From NCBI GenBank assembly GCA_964187785.1, contig OZ076413.1, forward strand, positions 49,044,001 to 49,108,000: a DNA stretch of 64,000 nucleotides, written 5' to 3'. Under the pieces are notes generated by a model, which did not search any database, was not told the origin of the DNA, and saw only the letters and a list, made by a program, of their open reading frames with translations. The DNA comes from Amphiscolops sp. MND2022 (Eukaryota). Made by a program: the position numbers and the translations under genes. Below are positions 13,506 through 27,041 of this stretch, one piece after another (within the stretch, counting starts at the first letter, position 1; each line of letters starts with the position of its first letter).

Positions 13506-14606
13506 TTTCATGTGACTCATTTATTGCAATTATTGGTATCAATTATTGATTGGCAAGTATTTTCATCAATTATTAATTGAAACATTTTTTGTCAGGCCCT
13601 GATCGTATACCAGTTGGCCTAAAATCACTGAGTTGAAAACCTGTGGCCGACTACGTCGATTTTTTTTGGTGACATGGTCAGTTATGTTCACATCAGGGTT
13701 TTCAAATAGCAAATCAAGTAAGTGCCCAAATACCAAAAAAATTGGGTGAAACTCGGACACAAATACAATTCGGAAAACCATTTTTGTTGACAACCAAGTA
13801 CCAAATTCTAAGTACTTGTACCCCCTACAAATAGCAAACCCGATTCCAATTCAAAATTTTTGTGTTGTTTAAACTGGGACTTTGATAAACTGTTTTTCTT
13901 TTGTGCTGTTTTAATGGTTAAGCACCATGTTTTTTTCATTTTTGTTTTAGTTAATAAGTTATTCTGTGAAAGAGTTGTCGTCTGTGCCTGAGGCGTTGGT
14001 GGGTTCGGAAGCTGAAAACCTTTGCGTAGCTGACAACACTCAATGGAACATATTGAAACGGTCCACTAATGAAATTTAGAAATTTTTCTTGTGTGACACT
14101 ATGTTTCAGTCTCAATACCAATACTTTCTCTTTGATTGTCAGATTTTGTAAATATCCATAGCTCCAAAAAGGGTGCTACATAAAATCCTTCAGGAGTTGA
14201 ATTAAATTTCGATCATATAACAGTATCAATAATCAGGTTTCATCACTCTAAATACCAATACCTGACCCTGGTATTGACTCAATACCAATACCATTTTCTA
14301 TACCAGTTCCAATTTTCAGAGGTATTGAAATATCTGCTTCAGAGCTGAAAAGTCTCTTCAGTCACCAATAAAAACGGTTTTTACGAAACGCCCTTTCGTC
14401 TAGTCCAACAGCGACAAGAATTTTAGAACCAGAGCAAATTACAACTGTTACTTCAGGGCTTGATAGATAGTAACTTTGTAGAAAACACGTTTGTTGGAGT
14501 AAGTTTGTAGAAAAGTGATAGTAAGTTTGTAGAAACAAAATTCTACAAACTTACCCACCCATAGTAAGTTTGTAGAATTCTACGAACTTGCTTTCTACAA
14601 ACTTAC

Positions 14607-15649
14607 TGTCATATTCCTGACATTTAAAAGAAGAATTTTCCGTTGTTGCATAATAATTTGAACTTTGAATCATTAAACTTTCACACCTTTGTTTATATTC
14701 GTATTGACCTAATTGTTGTTTTAATCGCTTTCTCACTTGATCAAGTCCACCCACCAACATCGGGTGCCTCAAACTAAGTACTGAATTAACATCTGAAACA
14801 TCAGTTCTTCTACAATAGAAGTGAACCAAAAGATAACTCAGAAGTCAGGAACTATTCACGATGAGGAAAATAGACTTTATGACTTGGTGACCAGGAGTGG
14901 TGCCATCGAGCAGAAGAACTCCGCATCTGATGAACCTGGATATTTAGTTTTTTGGAACTCCTGCTTGTATTGAACTGATGGTCTAACCCTCCGAAATATT
15001 GTGGACTGCAGGCAGTCATCACGAACTGATTACGGTCCTCTTCGAAGAACAATAATGAAATTATCAGAAAACAAAACGAAAGATCGAATTTTTGGAGGTA
15101 CCAAGGGGCTGTAGCAGGACCCTTACATTTCGGCTGATGGAAGGACTGACATATCAAGAATGAGCAAGGCAGTTCCAATTGGAGAGACTGGAAGAGAAGG
15201 GTTTCTTGATTGGTTCTTTTTGACGGCACCCAGCTACACCACAATTCTCTTGAAAGATCTTGGGCATGGGAAACCCACAGATGGTATGGTTTTAGTAGCA
15301 GCAAGCCACATATTGCTTGTGGGATGATCGGAGAAAATAATCCGTTGAGGAAATCATAACCAGAGGGGAAGTGTCATATTCCTGACATTTAAAAGAAGAA
15401 TTTTCCGTTGTTGCATAATAATTTGAACTTTGAATCATTAAACTTTCACACCTTTGTTTATATTCGTATTGACCTAATTGTTGTTTTAATCGCTTTCTCA
15501 CTTGATCAAGTCCACCCACCAACATCGGGTGCCTCAAACTAAGTACTGAATTAACATCTGAAACATCAGTTCTTCTACAATAGAAGTGAACCAAAAGATA
15601 ACTCAGAAGTCAGGAACTATTCACGATGAGGAAAATAGACTTTATGACT
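14607..15649 (+). mobile_element. TRIM-like miniature non-autonomous LTR retrotransposon (1043 bp)
   Basis: 278-bp direct repeats (14607-14884, 15372-15649; TGTCATA...TATGACT), PBS TGGTGACCAGGAGTGG, PPT AGAGGGGAAG, 5-bp TSD CTTAC. Confidence 0.9.
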
Positions 15650-15744
15650 CTTACTATATTCCCAGGGCACACGACTACACAGCATCTGGTTATGTCTTTC
15701 GCCACTTTCCAAGACATTGAAACCAATTGAACCACAACAAATCT

Positions 15745-16285
15745 AACAAGCCGGGAACGGCCCAAGTCGGCGCCATATCTAAGGCTCAAAAATAACAAAA
15801 GGACTTCAAAGTGTCAAGTTTTCTCTTCTACAGTACCCGTTTGAGGAAAAATTGAAAAAAAATCGATTTTTTTTGAAATTTTTCAAAAATTTTTTTGGTC
15901 ACCCGTAAGTCGCATAGTGCCGAAACATGTAAAATGGGGCCCTTTGGGAGTTTTTTAACATCCATTTTTCTGCAAAATAGACAAAAAATGAAGGGTGGAC
16001 CCTTTGGAGATATTTGCGAAAAAAGTCTCGCAAAGCCGAAAAAAATTTGCACAAAAAAATTTTGGTCATGGCGGGACTCGAACCCATGTCCTTCTGCTTG
16101 TCAGACCTCGAAAAAGCCATAATGGCCTAGTGGCAGTGAAGTAGTGTGACACGGTTTAGTGTTAGTGCCGGTTTAGTGTTAGTGCCAACTTATAAAATTT
16201 ATAAAATCTGTCAGTTCGTTGGTCTTAAAAAAAAGAAGTCACTACTATAGTCTGCGTTTTTCTTCGAAAAGCGCCGACTAAAAAA
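15745..16285 (-). mobile_element. Helentron/DINE-1-like non-autonomous repeat; copies at 19133-19672 and 24050-24591
   Basis: Subterminal IR AGTCGGCGC (15765) / GCGCCGACT (16271), terminal hairpin GCCG-GGAA-CGGC, T-rich ends on - strand, internal B-box-like GTTCGAGTC. Confidence 0.65.
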
Positions 16286-16463
16286 CGAAGATTCTGACTT
16301 TGACGTTTTGCCATATCTCACGAACTGGAAACCTTCAAGTGTGGACGCTGAAAGGTTGTTTTCACTGGGTCGTCTATCAAAGAGCTTTTTGCAAAGTCGT
16401 ATGAGCCCACATCCACACGAGCGAAACGTATTTTTTGCTAAGAACCAGCCGCTATTACATTGA
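16286..16463 (+). pseudogene. hAT transposase C-terminal dimerisation-domain remnant (in each tandem unit)
   Basis: Translates DVLPYLTNWKPSSVDAERLFSLGRLSKSFLQSRMSP...NVFF*. Confidence 0.75.
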
Positions 16464-17994
16464 CCTTTTTAATCTTCTTTACTTGTTTGTAATGTTTAAT
16501 TCAAAAATGAAACAATACAATTTCCTTCGATTGAAAGACGTTGAACTGAAACTGTTATTGAGCTTTCCTTTGTGTTGTTATTTCGAATTGACTAAAGACT
16601 ACTGTTATTGAAAGTTTCTGTTTTTGAAAGTTTGTTACCGAAAGAATTGATATTATCAAACAGGATAATCTTTTCGATACGTTCGACGTTTCGATACAAA
16701 GATTGAAAAAACATGAGGATGACGAAGAGAACCAAACTCCGGTAATAGTAGAGAGTGATTTCGCTGAAGCAATTCTGCAAAGGAGGCAGAAAAAGGAGGA
16801 TGAATCGAAATACCTCAACTGTTGCTTCTTGTTTCCGACATCCAATATTTGGAGAGGTTTTTTAGTGCTGCAGGCTATGCTCTGAATGATTTGTTTCATG
16901 TGACTCATTTATTGCAATTATTGGTATCAATTATTGATTGGCAAGTATTTTCATCAATTATTAATTGAAACATTTTTTGTCAGGCCCTGATCGTATACCA
17001 GTTGGCCTAAAATCACTGAGTTGAAAACCTGTGGCCGACTACGTCGATTTTTTTTGGTGACATGGTCAGTTATGTTCACATCAGGGTTTTCAAATAGCAA
17101 ATCAAGTAATTGCCCAAATACCAAAAAAATTGGGTGAAACTCGGACACAAATACAATTCGGAAAACCATTTTTGTTGACAACCAAGTACCAAATTCTAAG
17201 TACTTGTACCCCCTACAAATAGCAAACCCGATTCCAATTCAAAATTTTTGTGTTGTTTAAACTGGGACTTTGATAAACTGTTTTTCTTTTGTGCTGTTTT
17301 AATGGTTAAGCACCATGTTTTTTTCATTTTTGTTTTAGTTAATAAGTTATTCTGTGAAAGAGTTGTCGTCTGTGCCTGAGGCGTTGGTGGGTTCGGAAGC
17401 TGAAAACCTTTGCGTAGCTGACAACACTCAATGGAACATATTGAAACGGTCCACTAATGAAATTTAGAAATTTTTCTTGTGTGACACTATGTTTCAGTCT
17501 CAATACCAATACTTTCTCTTTGATTGTCAGATTTTGTAAATATCCATAGCTCCAAAAAGGGTGCTACATAAAATCCTTCAGGAGTTGAATTAAATTTCGA
17601 TCATATAACAGTATCAATAATCAGGTTTCATCACTCTAAATACCAATACCTGACCCTGGTATTGACTCAATACCAATACCATTTTCTATACCAGTTCCAA
17701 TTTTCAGAGGTATTGAAATATCTGCTTCAGAGCTGAAAAGTCTCTTCAGTCACCAATAAAAACGGTTTTTACGAAACGCCCTTTCGTCTAGTCCAACAGC
17801 GACAAGAATTTTAGAACCAGAGCAAATTACAACTGTTACTTCAGGGCTTGATAGATAGTAACTTTGTAGAAAACACGTTTGTTGGAGTAAGTTTGTAGAA
17901 AAGTGATAGTAAGTTTGTAGAAACAAAATTCTACAAACTTACCCACCCATAGTAAGTTTGTAGAATTCTACGAACTTGCTTTCTACAAACTTAC

Positions 17995-19037
17995 TGTCAT
18001 ATTCCTGACATTTAAAAGAAGAATTTTCCGTTGTTGCATAATAATTTGAACTTTGAATCATTAAACTTTCACACCTTTGTTTATATTCGTATTGACCTAA
18101 TTGTTGTTTTAATCGCTTTCTCACTTGATCAAGTCCACCCACCAACATCGGGTGCCTCAAACTAAGTACTGAATTAACATCTGAAACATCAGTTCTTCTA
18201 CAATAGAAGTGAACCAAAAGATAACTCAGAAGTCAGGAACTATTCACGATGAGGAAAATAGACTTTATGACTTGGTGACCAGGAGTGGTGCCATCGAGCA
18301 GAAGAACTCCGCATCTGATGAACCTGGATATTTAGTTTTTTGGAACTCCTGCTTGTATTGAACTGATGGTCTAACCCTCCGAAATATTGTGGACTGCAGG
18401 CAGTCATCACGAACTGATTACGGTCCTCTTCGAAGAACAATAATGAAATTATCAGAAAACAAAACGAAAGATCGAATTTTTGGAGGTACCAAGGGGCTGT
18501 AGCAGGACCCTTACATTTCGGCTGATGGAAGGACTGACATATCAAGAATGAGCAAGGCAGTTCCAATTGGAGAGACTGGACGAGAAGGGTTTCTTGATTG
18601 GTTCTTTTTGACGGCACCCAGCTACACCACAATTCTCTTGAAAGATCTTGGGCATGGGAAACCCACAGATGGTATGGTTTTAGTAGCAGCAAGCCACATA
18701 TTGCTTGTGGGATGATCGGAGAAAATAATCCGTTGAGGAAATCATAACCAGAGGGGAAGTGTCATATTCCTGACATTTAAAAGAAGAATTTTCCGTTGTT
18801 GCATAATAATTTGAACTTTGAATCATTAAACTTTCACACCTTTGTTTATATTCGTATTGACCTAATTGTTGTTTTAATCGCTTTCTCACTTGATCAAGTC
18901 CACCCACCAACATCGGGTGCCTCAAACTAAGTACTGAATTAACATCTGAAACATCAGTTCTTCTACAATAGAAGTGAACCAAAAGATAACTCAGAAGTCA
19001 GGAACTATTCACGATGAGGAAAATAGACTTTATGACT
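17995..19037 (+). mobile_element. TRIM copy 2
   Basis: Same structure and CTTAC flanks as 14607-15649. Confidence 0.9.
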
Positions 19038-21381
19038 CTTACTATATTCCCAGGGCACACGACTACACAGCATCTGGTTATGTCTTTCGCCACTTTCCAA
19101 GACATTGAAACCAATTGAACCACAACAAATCTAACAAGCCGGGAACGGCCCAAGTCGGCGCCATATCTAAGGCTCAAAAATAACAAAAGGACTTCAAAGT
19201 GTCAAGTTTTCTCTTCTACAGTACCCGTTTGAGGAAAAATTGAAAAAAATCGATTTTTTTTGAAATTTTTCAAAAATTTTTTTGGTCACCCGTAAGTCGC
19301 ATAGTGCCGAAACATGTAAAATGGGGCCCTTTGGGAGTTTTTTAACATCCATTTTTCTGCAAAATAGACAAAAAATGAAGGGTGGACCCTTTGGAGATAT
19401 TTGCGAAAAAAGTCTCGCAAAGCCGAAAAAAATTTGCACAAAAAATTTTTGGTCATGGCGGGACTCGAACCCATGTCCTTCTGCTTGTCAGACCTCGAAA
19501 AAGCCATAATGGCCTAGTGGCAGTGAAGTAGTGTGACACGGTTTAGTGTTAGTGCCGGTTTAGTGTTAGTGCCAACTTATAAAATTTATAAAATCTGTCA
19601 GTTCGTTGGTCTTAAAAAAAAGAAGTCACTACTATAGTCTGCGTTTTTCTTCGAAAAGCGCCGACTAAAAAACGAAGATTCTGACTTTGACGTTTTGCCA
19701 TATCTCACGAACTGGAAACCTTCAAGTGTGGACGCTGAAAGGTTGTTTTCACTGGGTCGTATATCAAAGAGCTTTTTGCAAAGTCGTATGAGCCCACATC
19801 CACACGAGCGAAACGTATTTTTTGCTAAGAACCAGCCGCTATTACATTGACCTTTTTAATCTTCTTTACTTGTTTGTAATGTTTAATTCAAAAATGAAAC
19901 AATACAATTTCCTTCGATTGAAAGACGTTGAACTGAAACTGTTATTGAGCTTTCCTTTGTGTTGTTATTTCGAATTGACTAAAGACTACTGTTATTGAAA
20001 GTTTCTGTTATTGAAAGTTTGTTACCGAAAGAATTGATATTATCAAACAGGATAATCTTTTCGATACGTTCGACGTTTCGATACAAAGATTGAAAAAACA
20101 TGAGGATGACGAAGAGAACCAAACTCCGGTAATAGTAGAGAGTGATTTCGCTGAAGCAATTCTGCAAAAGAGGCAGAAAAAGGAGGATGAATCGAAATAC
20201 CTCAACTGTTGCTTCTTGTTTCCGACATCCAATATTTGGAGAGGTTTTTTAGTGCTGCAGGCTATGCTCTGAATGATTTGTTTCATGTGACTCATTTATT
20301 GCAATTATTGGTATCAATTATTGATTGGCAAGTATTTTCATCAATTATTAATTGAAACATTTTTTGTCAGGCCCTGATCGTATACCAGTTGGCCTAAAAT
20401 CACTGAGTTGAAAACCTGTGGCCGACTACGTCGATTTTTTTTGGTGACATGGTCAGTTATGTTCACATCAGGGTTTTCAAATAGCAAATCAAGTAATTGC
20501 CCAAATACCAAAAAAATTGGGTGAAACTCGGACACAAATACAATTCGGAAAACCATTTTTGTTGACAACCAAGTACCAAATTCTAAGTACTTGTACCCCC
20601 TACAAATAGCAAACCCGATTCCAATTCAAAATTTTTGTGTTGTTTAAACTGGGACTTTGATAAACTGTTTTTCTTTTGTGCTGTTTTAATGGTTAAGCAC
20701 CATGTTTTTTTCATTTTTGTTTTAGTTAATAAGTTATTCTGTGAAAGAGTTGTCGTCTGTGCCTGAGGCGTTGGTGGGTTCGGAAGCTGAAAATCTTTGC
20801 GTAGCTGACAACACTCAATGGAACATATTGAAACGGTCCACTAATGAAATTTAGAAATTTTTCTTGTGTGACACTATGTTTCAGTCTCAATACCAATACT
20901 TTCTCTTTGATTGTCAGATTTTGTAAATATCCATAGCTCCAAAAAGGGTGCTACATAAAATCCTTCAGGAGTTGAATTAAATTTCGATCATATAACAGTA
21001 TCAATAATCAGGTTTCATCACTCTAAATACCAATACCTGACCCTGGTATTGACTCAATACCAATACCATTTTCTATACCAGTTCCAATTTTCAGAGGTAT
21101 TGAAATATCTGCTTCAGAGCTGAAAAGTCTCTTCAGTCACCAATAAAAACGGTTTTTACGAAACGCCCTTTCGTCTAGTCCAACAGCGACAAGAATTTTA
21201 GAACCAGAGCAAATTACAACTGTTACTTCAGGGCTTGATAGATAGTAACTTTGTAGAAAACACGTTTGTTGGAGTAAGTTTGTAGAAAAGTGATAGTAAG
21301 TTTGTAGAAAAAAAATTCTACAAACTTACCCACCCATAGTAAGTTTGTAGAATTCTACGAACTTGCTTTCTACAAACTTAC

Positions 21382-23954
21382 TGTCATATTCCTGACATTT
21401 AAAAGAAGAATTTTCCGTTGTTGCATAATAATTTGAACTTTGAATCATTAAACTTTTACACCTTTGTTTATATTCGTATTGACCTAATTGTTGTTTTAAT
21501 CGCTTTCTCACTTGATCAAGTCCACCCACCAACATCGGGTGCCTCAAACTAAGTACTGAATTAACATCTGAAACATCAGTTCTTCTACAATAGAAGTGAA
21601 CCAAAAGATAACTCAGAAGTCAGGAACTATTCACGATGAGGAAAATAGACTTTATGACTTGGTGACCAGGAGTGGTGCCATCGAGCAGAAGAACTCCGCA
21701 TCTGATGAACCTGGATATTTAGTTTTTTGGAACTCCTGCTTGTATTGAACTGATGGTCTAACCCTCCGAAATATTGTGGACTGCAGGCAGTCATCACGAA
21801 CTGATTACGGTCCTCTTCGAAGAACAATAATGAAATTATCAGAAAACAAAACGAAAGATCGAATTTTTGGAGGTACCAAGGGGCTGTAGCAGGACCCTTA
21901 CATTTCGGCTGATGGAAGGACTGACATATCAAGAATGAGCAAGGCAGTTCCAATTGGAGAGACTGGAAGAGAAGGGTTTCTTGATTGGTTCTTTTTGACG
22001 GCACCCAGCTACACCACAATTCTGTTGAAAGATCTTGGGCATGGGAAACCCACAGATGGTATGGTTTTAGTAGCAGCAAGCCACATATTGCTTGTGGGAT
22101 GATCGGAGAAAATAATCCGTTGAGGAAATCATAACCAGAGGGGAAGTGTCATATTCCTGACATTTAAAAGAAGAATTTTCCGTTGTTGCATAATAATTTG
22201 AACTTTGAATCATTAAACTTTCACACCTTTGTTTATATTCGTATTGACCTAATTGTTGTTTTAATCGCTTTCTCACTTGATCAAGTCCACCCACCAACAT
22301 CGGGTGCCTCAAACTAAGTACTGAATTAACATCTGAAACATCAGTTCTTCTACAATAGAAGTGAACCAAAAGATAACTCAGAAGTCAGGAACTATTCACG
22401 ATGAGGAAAATAGACTTTATGACTTGGTGACCAGGAGTGGTGCCATCGAGCAGAAGAACTCCGCATCTGATGAACCTGGATATTTAGTTTTTTGGAACTC
22501 CTGCTTGTATTGAACTGATGGTCTAACCCTCCGAAATATTGTGGACTACAGGCAGTCATCACGAACTGATTACGGTCCTCTTCGAAGAACAATAATGAAA
22601 TTATCAGAAAACAAAACGAAAGATCGAATTTTTGGAGGTACCAAGGGGCTGTAGCAGGACCCTTACATTTCGGCTGATGGAAGGACTGACATATCAAGAA
22701 TGAGCAAGGCAGTTCCAATTGGAGAGACTGGAAGAGAAGGGTTTCTTGATTGGTTCTTTTTGACGGCACCCAGCTACACCACAATTCTGTTGAAAGATCT
22801 TGGGCATGGGAAACCCAGAGATGGTATGGTTTTAGTAGCAGCAAGCCACATATTGCTTGTGGGATGATCGGAGAAAATAATCCGTTGAGGAAATCATAAC
22901 CAGAGGGGAAGTGTCATATTCCTGACATTTAAAAGAAGAATTTTCCGTTGTTGCATAATAATTTGAACTTTGAATCATTAAACTTTCACACCTTTGTTTA
23001 TATTCGTATTGACCTAATTGTTGTTTTAATCGCTTTCTCACTTGATCAAGTCCACCCACCAACATCGGGTGCCTCAAACTAAGTACTGAATTAACATCTG
23101 AAACATCAGTTCTTCTACAATAGAAGTGAACCAAAAGATAACTCAGAAGTCAGGAACTATTCACGATGAGGAAAATAGACTTTATGACTTGGTGACCAGG
23201 AGTGGTGCCATCGAGCAGAAGAACTCCGCATCTGATGAACCTGGATATTTAGTTTTTTGGAACTCCTGCTTGTATTGAACTGATGGTCTAACCCTCCGAA
23301 ATATTGTGGACTGCAGGCAGTCATCACGAACTGATTACGGTCCTCTTCGAAGAACAATAATGAAATTATCAGAAAACAAAACGAAAGATCGAATTTTTGG
23401 AGGTACCAAGGGGCTGTAGCAGGACCCTTACATTTCGGCTGATGGAAGGACTGACATATCAAGAATGAGCAAGGCAGTTCCAATTGGAGAGACTGGAAGA
23501 GAAGGGTTTCTTGATTGGTTCTTTTTGACGGCACCCAGCTACACCACAATTCTGTTGAAAGATCTTGGGCATGGGAAACCCACAGATGGTATGGTTTTAG
23601 TAGCAGCAAGCCACATATTGCTTGTGGGATGATCGGAGAAAATAATCCGTTGAGGAAATCATAACCAGAGGGGAAGTGTCATATTCCTGACATTTAAAAG
23701 AAGAATTTTCCGTTGTTGCATAATAATTTGAACTTTGAATCATTAAACTTTCACACCTTTGTTTATATTCGTATTGACCTAATTGTTGTTTTAATCGCTT
23801 TCTCACTTGATCAAGTCCACCCACCAACATCGGGTGCCTCAAACTAAGTACTGAATTAACATCTGAAACATCAGTTCTTCTACAATAGAAGTGAACCAAA
23901 AGATAACTCAGAAGTCAGGAACTATTCACGATGAGGAAAATAGACTTTATGACT
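21382..23954 (+). mobile_element. Tandem-array TRIM (4 LTRs, 3 internal regions)
   Basis: LTRs start at 21382, 22147, 22912 and 23677 (765-bp period); one CTTAC TSD pair. Confidence 0.9.
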
Positions 23955-26432
23955 CTTACTATAATCCCAGGGCACACGACTACACAGCATCTGGTTATGT
24001 CTTTCGCCACTTTCCAAGACATTGAAACCAATTGAACCACAACAAATCTAACAAGCCGGGAACGGCCCAAGTCGGCGCCATATCTAAGGCTCAAAAATAA
24101 CAAAAGGACTTCAAAGTGTCAAGTTTTCTCTTCTACAGTACCCGTTTGAGGAAAAATTGAAAAAAAATCGATTTTTTTTGAAATTTTTCAAAAATTTTTT
24201 TGGTCACCCGTAAGTCGCATAGTGCCGAAACATGTAAAATGGGGCCCTTTGGGAGTTTTTTAACATCCATTTTTCTGCAAAATAGACAAAAAAATGAAGG
24301 GTGGACCCTTTGGAGATATTTGCGAAAAAAGTCTCGCAAAGCCGAAAAAAATTTGCACAAAAAATTTTTGGTCATGGCGGGACTCGAACCCATGTCCTTC
24401 TGCTTGTCAGACCTCGAAAAAGCCATAATGGCCTAGTGGCAGTGAAGTAGTGTGACACGGTTTAGTGTTAGTGCCGGTTTAGTGTTAGTGCCAACTTATA
24501 AAATTTATAAAATCTGTCAGTTCGTTGGTCTTAAAAAAAAGAAGTCACTACTATAGTCTGCGTTTTTCTTCGAAAAGCGCCGACTAAAAAACGAAGATTC
24601 TGACTTTGACGTTTTGCCATATCTCACGAACTGGAAACCTTCAAGTGTGGACGCTGAAAGGTTGTTTTCACTGGGTCGTCTATCAAAGAGCTTTTTGCAA
24701 AGTCGTATGAGCCCACATCCACACGAGCGAAACGTATTTTTTGCTAAGAACCAGCCGCTATTACATTGACCTTTTTAATCTTCTTTACTTGTTTGTAATG
24801 TTTAATTCAAAAATGAAACAATACAATTTCCTGAAAAAAAATCGGCAAGAAAAACCGAATTTTGTCAATAAAAAAAAACGATTTCAAAAATAATTTCTTG
24901 GGCATGTAATTGACCAAATAGCAAATACAAATAGAATTCTCATTTTTGGACCAATTCCAAATACAATTAGTTGCCAGACCAAATATAGAAATACCATTTC
25001 CTAATCAAACCAAGTACTGGTTCACATACCCCTAGTGCCCTAATTGCAGGAGTGGAGCGACGTGCCATTTGGCCATGCCTCAATGTTGCTACTTGGCTAA
25101 GGGAGCGAAGCGACCGAGTCATAGAACAAATATCGTAAACGTTTCGTAACATTTTTGTCTCAAATTTAAATTTTTGCCATCTCTGGAGTTATTCAACAAG
25201 CCCATCACAACAATAAGGCATCTTGAAATTTTAGTTGAAAGTTCATATCAGTTTTTGTCTTGAAAAAAATTTCGAGCCATTGCTTGAGTTCAGATGTATT
25301 TGGCCTAATTTTGTGGTCATTTGGCTTATAAAATTAAGTGGAATGACGTGACCTAAAAATTGAGCCTAATGACTTCAAGCCAAGTGACTTGAGACCAAAC
25401 GTATTAGCATTTTGAGGAATAATGTTTAAACGAATTCGACCACCCAAATTGACTACAATATAAGGTTGTTTTGACCAACCATACGGTTTCAAATACTATT
25501 CCGTTGAATACTATTCCTGGTCCCAATCGTATGTCGTGGCACAAGATCTTTTCGCTCGAAAAGAAAGTTTTTTTTGGGCCTAGCTGTTTTTTTCTTTACT
25601 GTCAGATACAGTTCCAGTTTCCTTATATTTCTTGCAAAGTCGGTAAGCTGTCGATTTGTCACAATTGTGTAATCGTGAATTTTCTAAGAAAGTGTTGCAC
25701 TTGAGCATCCCGCTATTCTGATCGCATGTTAGAATTTAAAAGGCGTTTTCAGAAATGAATGCAATGTTTTCAATATTTGATTGAGGATTTGATTAAGTTT
25801 GATATCTCATACTAGGAGTGTGAAAGAATTCAAGCTAAAACTTCCTGATATCCAATCAGAACTCAAAATATCAGTTGCAATATTTTCTCTGGTGAGTATA
25901 GATAAAACAGTCCAGCAAGTATCGTTGCTGGAGCTGAGCTTCTGAGGTACGTGGGTGGAATTTTTTCGTATTAGAATTACGCCCGTGTTCCAAGACGACT
26001 GATGGAAGGGTAGTTACCTACTTCAAACGGTATTAGTTGGCGGTGCCTTTCGTGAAGATGATTGCATGTGATTTCCCTTGAGTCAGATGTAATAAGGTTG
26101 ATCAATTGTGTCGCCGGAATTTCGTATTCCCGGAACAGAGATCGTGAATTCCCCAAATTTATTCAAATCTTTTAGTGGCTGGCATGGATAGATTTTCTGG
26201 TGTGCATTTTCCCTGATTGTTTTCCGTCGTTTACAAACCAAATGTGTTGGCCATCTCCCCCCTTACATGATGACCAATATGGCACAAAAGCTATGTTTTT
26301 TGAGGGGCATAGCGAAGTATTACTGTCACTGCTTTATTTCTCAATGATTAACAGTTTTTTTGTTTCGTCGTTTTTTAAAACGACCGTTACTTGACCCTAT
26401 TCAATCAGACTCGGGTTATTTCAGATCCAGAA

Positions 26433-27041
26433 ATGCTCAGACAAGTTCTTTCTAAAAGCTTTCTTGCAGCTCCAATCTGCAAAAATGTTCCCATGAGAGT
26501 GGCTGGCGTGCGATTGATGGGGGATGTGGCAACTATTCCCGAAGGAACTTTGAGCTCTAAAACTGGTTTGCCAATCTCAACTGGGCCACTGCCAAGAAGT
26601 CCTCAAGAATACGTTTATGAGGACCGACTTGACCTCCCTATTCCTATTGTTCCGTTCATAGAGCAACCCAACGCTGAGCAGCAAAAGTTGCTGGCTCTTC
26701 AGAAAGGCGATTGGAAAAAACTGTCTAATGATGATAAAAAACAAATTTATCACCTGAAATTCCAATGGAGTCTCAACCAGATAGGGAACATTCGGGAATC
26801 TAACAACTACAATATTGTCTGTGGAGCAATACTAGCCGCTTCACTGTGTCTCATAACTTACGAGCTACTAGGAATTTACTTGTGGGAACGCAGCAGACGT
26901 CCAACTTACTTCGTGGAACCAAGAATGTCCGTTTTCCGTGGTAAGGTGAAGCAGTTCATGAACAAAGTGCAGGATGTTGTCAGCCCGCAATACCTGAACA
27001 TTAAGCTGGAAGAGCAAGAAGTTGAAGGAGTTGAGCTGTAA
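26433..27041 (+). CDS. COX4: Cytochrome c oxidase subunit 4-like protein (divergent, single coding exon, 202 aa)
   Basis: Basic presequence-like N-terminus; YEDRLDLPIP and QKGDWKKLSNDDKKQIYHLKF match COX4 motifs; one TM helix follows. Confidence 0.8.
   Translation: MLRQVLSKSFLAAPICKNVPMRVAGVRLMGDVATIPEGTLSSKTGLPISTGPLPRSPQEYVYEDRLDLPIPIVPFIEQPNAEQQKLLALQKGDWKKLSNDDKKQIYHLKFQWSLNQIGNIRESNNYNIVCGAILAASLCLITYELLGIYLWERSRRPTYFVEPRMSVFRGKVKQFMNKVQDVVSPQYLNIKLEEQEVEGVEL

Larger units (their letters stand above)
13137..24832. repeat. Tandem triplication of a ~3388-bp segment; third unit is 1530 bp longer
   Basis: ORF offsets of 3388/3387; new units start at 16525 and ~19912; copies differ by few substitutions. 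Confidence 0.97.

Noticed and set aside
14927..14995. CTGATGA in the TRIM interior as a hammerhead (retrozyme)
   Set aside because: No stem II closed by GAAA could be built, and it lies outside the LTR.
14551..23899. Repeated 92/100/150-aa minus-strand ORFs
   Set aside because: Antisense frames across the TRIM with no recognisable domains; they recur only because the DNA is repeated.
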